Part shown: positions 36,568 through 38,343 of the stretch, piece by piece | Numbering within the stretch: position 1 is the first letter of the stretch | Layout: each line of letters begins with the position of its first letter | From: Ministeria vibrans ATCC 50519 | Lineage: Eukaryota; Protista; Filasterea | Reading direction: 5' to 3' | Assembly (NCBI GenBank): GCA_943704425.1 | Contig: CALSCP010001301.1 | Coordinates: 4,957-43,299, forward strand | DNA: 38,343 nt | Notes under the pieces: generated by a model | What the model saw: only the letters and a program-made list of their open reading frames with translations | What the model was told of the DNA's origin: nothing | Database searches by the model: none | Position numbers and translations under genes: made by a program

Positions 36568-38343
36568 CTAAGAGAACGACTCGGGACCCCAGGGGTTCTC
36601 AAACTCGGTAATGTACGCATTGGAGCGAATGTTGTCCTCGACCACGGCCGAGCTCGACGTCGAGGCACCCGGCACGGGCATGGAGATGGCAGCGGCCGCA
36701 GCTGCAGCCGCGTCAGCGGCAGCCGCGTCCAACAGCTCTTGCACCTTCATGGCCTCTGCGTGTTCACGCTCGCGACGTTTCACAGCAAAAATGACAACGA
36801 CCGCAATGAGTAGCGCCACACCAACCACAATGATGGCCGCAAGCGAACTCACAGTGGCCACCGAGCCAATGCCACCAGGCGTTGGCGACGCATCGCACAG
36901 GGCTCCCGTAAAGCCCGCAGGACAGGCGCAGGTCACTGTCTCACCAATCGACGAACAGGTGCCGCCGTTGGCACACGGGGTCGACAAGCACTCTTCCGGA
37001 TCGTAATCGCACGACGGTCCAAAGTAGCCAGTCGCACACATCTCGCAGTTGTCACCCGCAAAGTTGTGCGGGCACGTGCACGAGTAGTCAACGCCTTGCG
37101 ACGAGCAAGTCGCGCTACCGTGGCACGGGTTCGACGCGCACTCGTCGACAGCATCCACAGCACAGCCGATGCCCGAGAAGCCGTCGGCACACTGACAGGT
37201 TGAAGCGAGACAGTTGACGCCGGACGTGTCGCAAGCCTCCCAACTCTGTACAACGGAATCACCGCAGCCAACGTGCGAAAACAAAACGGTGCCATCAATG
37301 GCGTCGCCACTGACAGCAGCCGTCAGCACCGCCTCGGACGCACCAAAGGGGAAGGCGCTCGTCGTGGGCAGCACGCAGACCGCGTTGAACTCGGTGATGA
37401 CCGTGGCCGGAACGACAATGACAGTCGACGACGCGAGATGCGTAATGCGGCACGAGAAGGCACCAAAAGCAATCGGATCAAAGTTGATGCCCTGGAAAAG
37501 AGCAAGCGGGTTTGCGTTGTCGCCTGCGCTCGTCTCCTTATGCAGCACCGTCGGAAGTTCCACCGTCTCGCTTGCACACGAGCTACCGTAGAAGCCAGTC
37601 GAGCAAGCGCACATGCACTGACCGACCTTGGCATCGTACTCGCACTGACCATTCATATTGCACTGGTCGACACAGTCAAAGAAGCAGGGGATGGGATTCT
37701 CGCAGCGCTCGCCGTTGAAACCCGACGTGCACTGGCAGGTAAACAGGTCGTGTCCATCGCTGCAGGTGCCGCCGTTCTTGCACGGAATCGAGGCACACTC
37801 GTCGACATCCGACTCGCATCGGCTGCCCTCATAGCCCACTTCGCACGCGCACGAGAAGTAGTCGGTGCCATGCGTGCAGGTTCCGCCATTCATGCATGGA
37901 TTCGAGTTGCACTCGTCCACATCCACATCGCAGAGAGGTCCTTCCCAGCCGGGAACGCACAGGCACGTAAAGCTGTTCACGCCGTCCACGCACACGGCCG
38001 AATTGAAACATGGTTCGCCAAGACAGTCATTAATGTTCGTCTCACACGCATCACCCGTGTAGCCAATTGCGCAAGCACAGTTAAAGGTCGCCACTGCGTC
38101 CGTGCAAGTGCCACCATTCTGACACGGCGTTGAGGCACACTCGTCCACGTCCGTCTGACACTTAGCTCCCGTATAGCCCGCAACACACAGGCACGAGTGG
38201 GCGTCGATGCCGTCGACACACACGCCACCGTTGCGGCAGGGCGACGACTCGCACTCGTCAAGATCATCGCCACAATGGTCGCCACCGTATCCGCTGGCAC
38301 ACACACACGAGTACGTGTCCACTCCATCAACACATGTAGCGCC
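36568..38343 (-). CDS. Single-pass membrane protein with tandem Notch/Crumbs-type calcium-binding EGF repeats (C-terminal part; continues past the window)
   Basis: Frame is open to 38343. About 10 EGF-like units, e.g. DVDECASTPCQNGGTCTDAVATFNCACAIGYTGDAC. TM segment LAAIIVVGVALLIAVVVIFAV, stop-transfer KRRER and a ~70-aa cytoplasmic tail. No ankyrin, LNR or DSL domain is seen in this part. Confidence 0.88.
   Translation of the reverse strand, partial: GATCVDGVDTYSCVCASGYGGDHCGDDLDECESSPCRNGGVCVDGIDAHSCLCVAGYTGAKCQTDVDECASTPCQNGGTCTDAVATFNCACAIGYTGDACETNINDCLGEPCFNSAVCVDGVNSFTCLCVPGWEGPLCDVDVDECNSNPCMNGGTCTHGTDYFSCACEVGYEGSRCESDVDECASIPCKNGGTCSDGHDLFTCQCTSGFNGERCENPIPCFFDCVDQCNMNGQCEYDAKVGQCMCACSTGFYGSSCASETVELPTVLHKETSAGDNANPLALFQGINFDPIAFGAFSCRITHLASSTVIVVPATVITEFNAVCVLPTTSAFPFGASEAVLTAAVSGDAIDGTVLFSHVGCGDSVVQSWEACDTSGVNCLASTCQCADGFSGIGCAVDAVDECASNPCHGSATCSSQGVDYSCTCPHNFAGDNCEMCATGYFGPSCDYDPEECLSTPCANGGTCSSIGETVTCACPAGFTGALCDASPTPGGIGSVATVSSLAAIIVVGVALLIAVVVIFAVKRREREHAEAMKVQELLDAAAADAAAAAAAAISMPVPGASTSSSAVVEDNIRSNAYITEFENPWGPESFS

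Noticed and set aside
36568-38343. True Notch, Delta or Crumbs ortholog
   Set aside because: No LNR/NOD before the TM segment, no ankyrin repeats, and no Crumbs ERLI terminus in the short tail.

Overview
Gene-dense eukaryotic genomic DNA, not prokaryotic. It has GC-rich exons, mostly short (about 45-200 nt) GT-AG introns often inflated by microsatellites, AT-rich 150-300 bp divergent promoters and four N-gaps. I infer a unicellular holozoan (filasterean/ichthyosporean-like) from the combination of a T-box gene, animal-like CHERP, EPS15, p400-type SWR1, Nocturnin, MRPS25 and RPAIN, and a Notch-type EGF membrane protein in a very compact genome. The window holds 14 recognisable spliced genes plus the first exon of a 15th, all assembled by hand from splice sites and remembered family motifs; no database searches were run. 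Two features stand out. (1) An eEF2 paralog carries a ~225-aa in-frame insert with an RRM and a dsRBD between GTPase motifs G2 and G3, lacks the eEF2K target Thr56, keeps the diphthamide His, and has clustered C/EBP-like sites upstream. (2) A T-box gene encodes a second, degenerate C-terminal T-box-like domain that has lost its DNA-contacting elements. Also notable are a minimal Roc-COR protein, an atypical galactokinase-like GHMP kinase, a GC-AG intron and a 60-bp intronic minisatellite.
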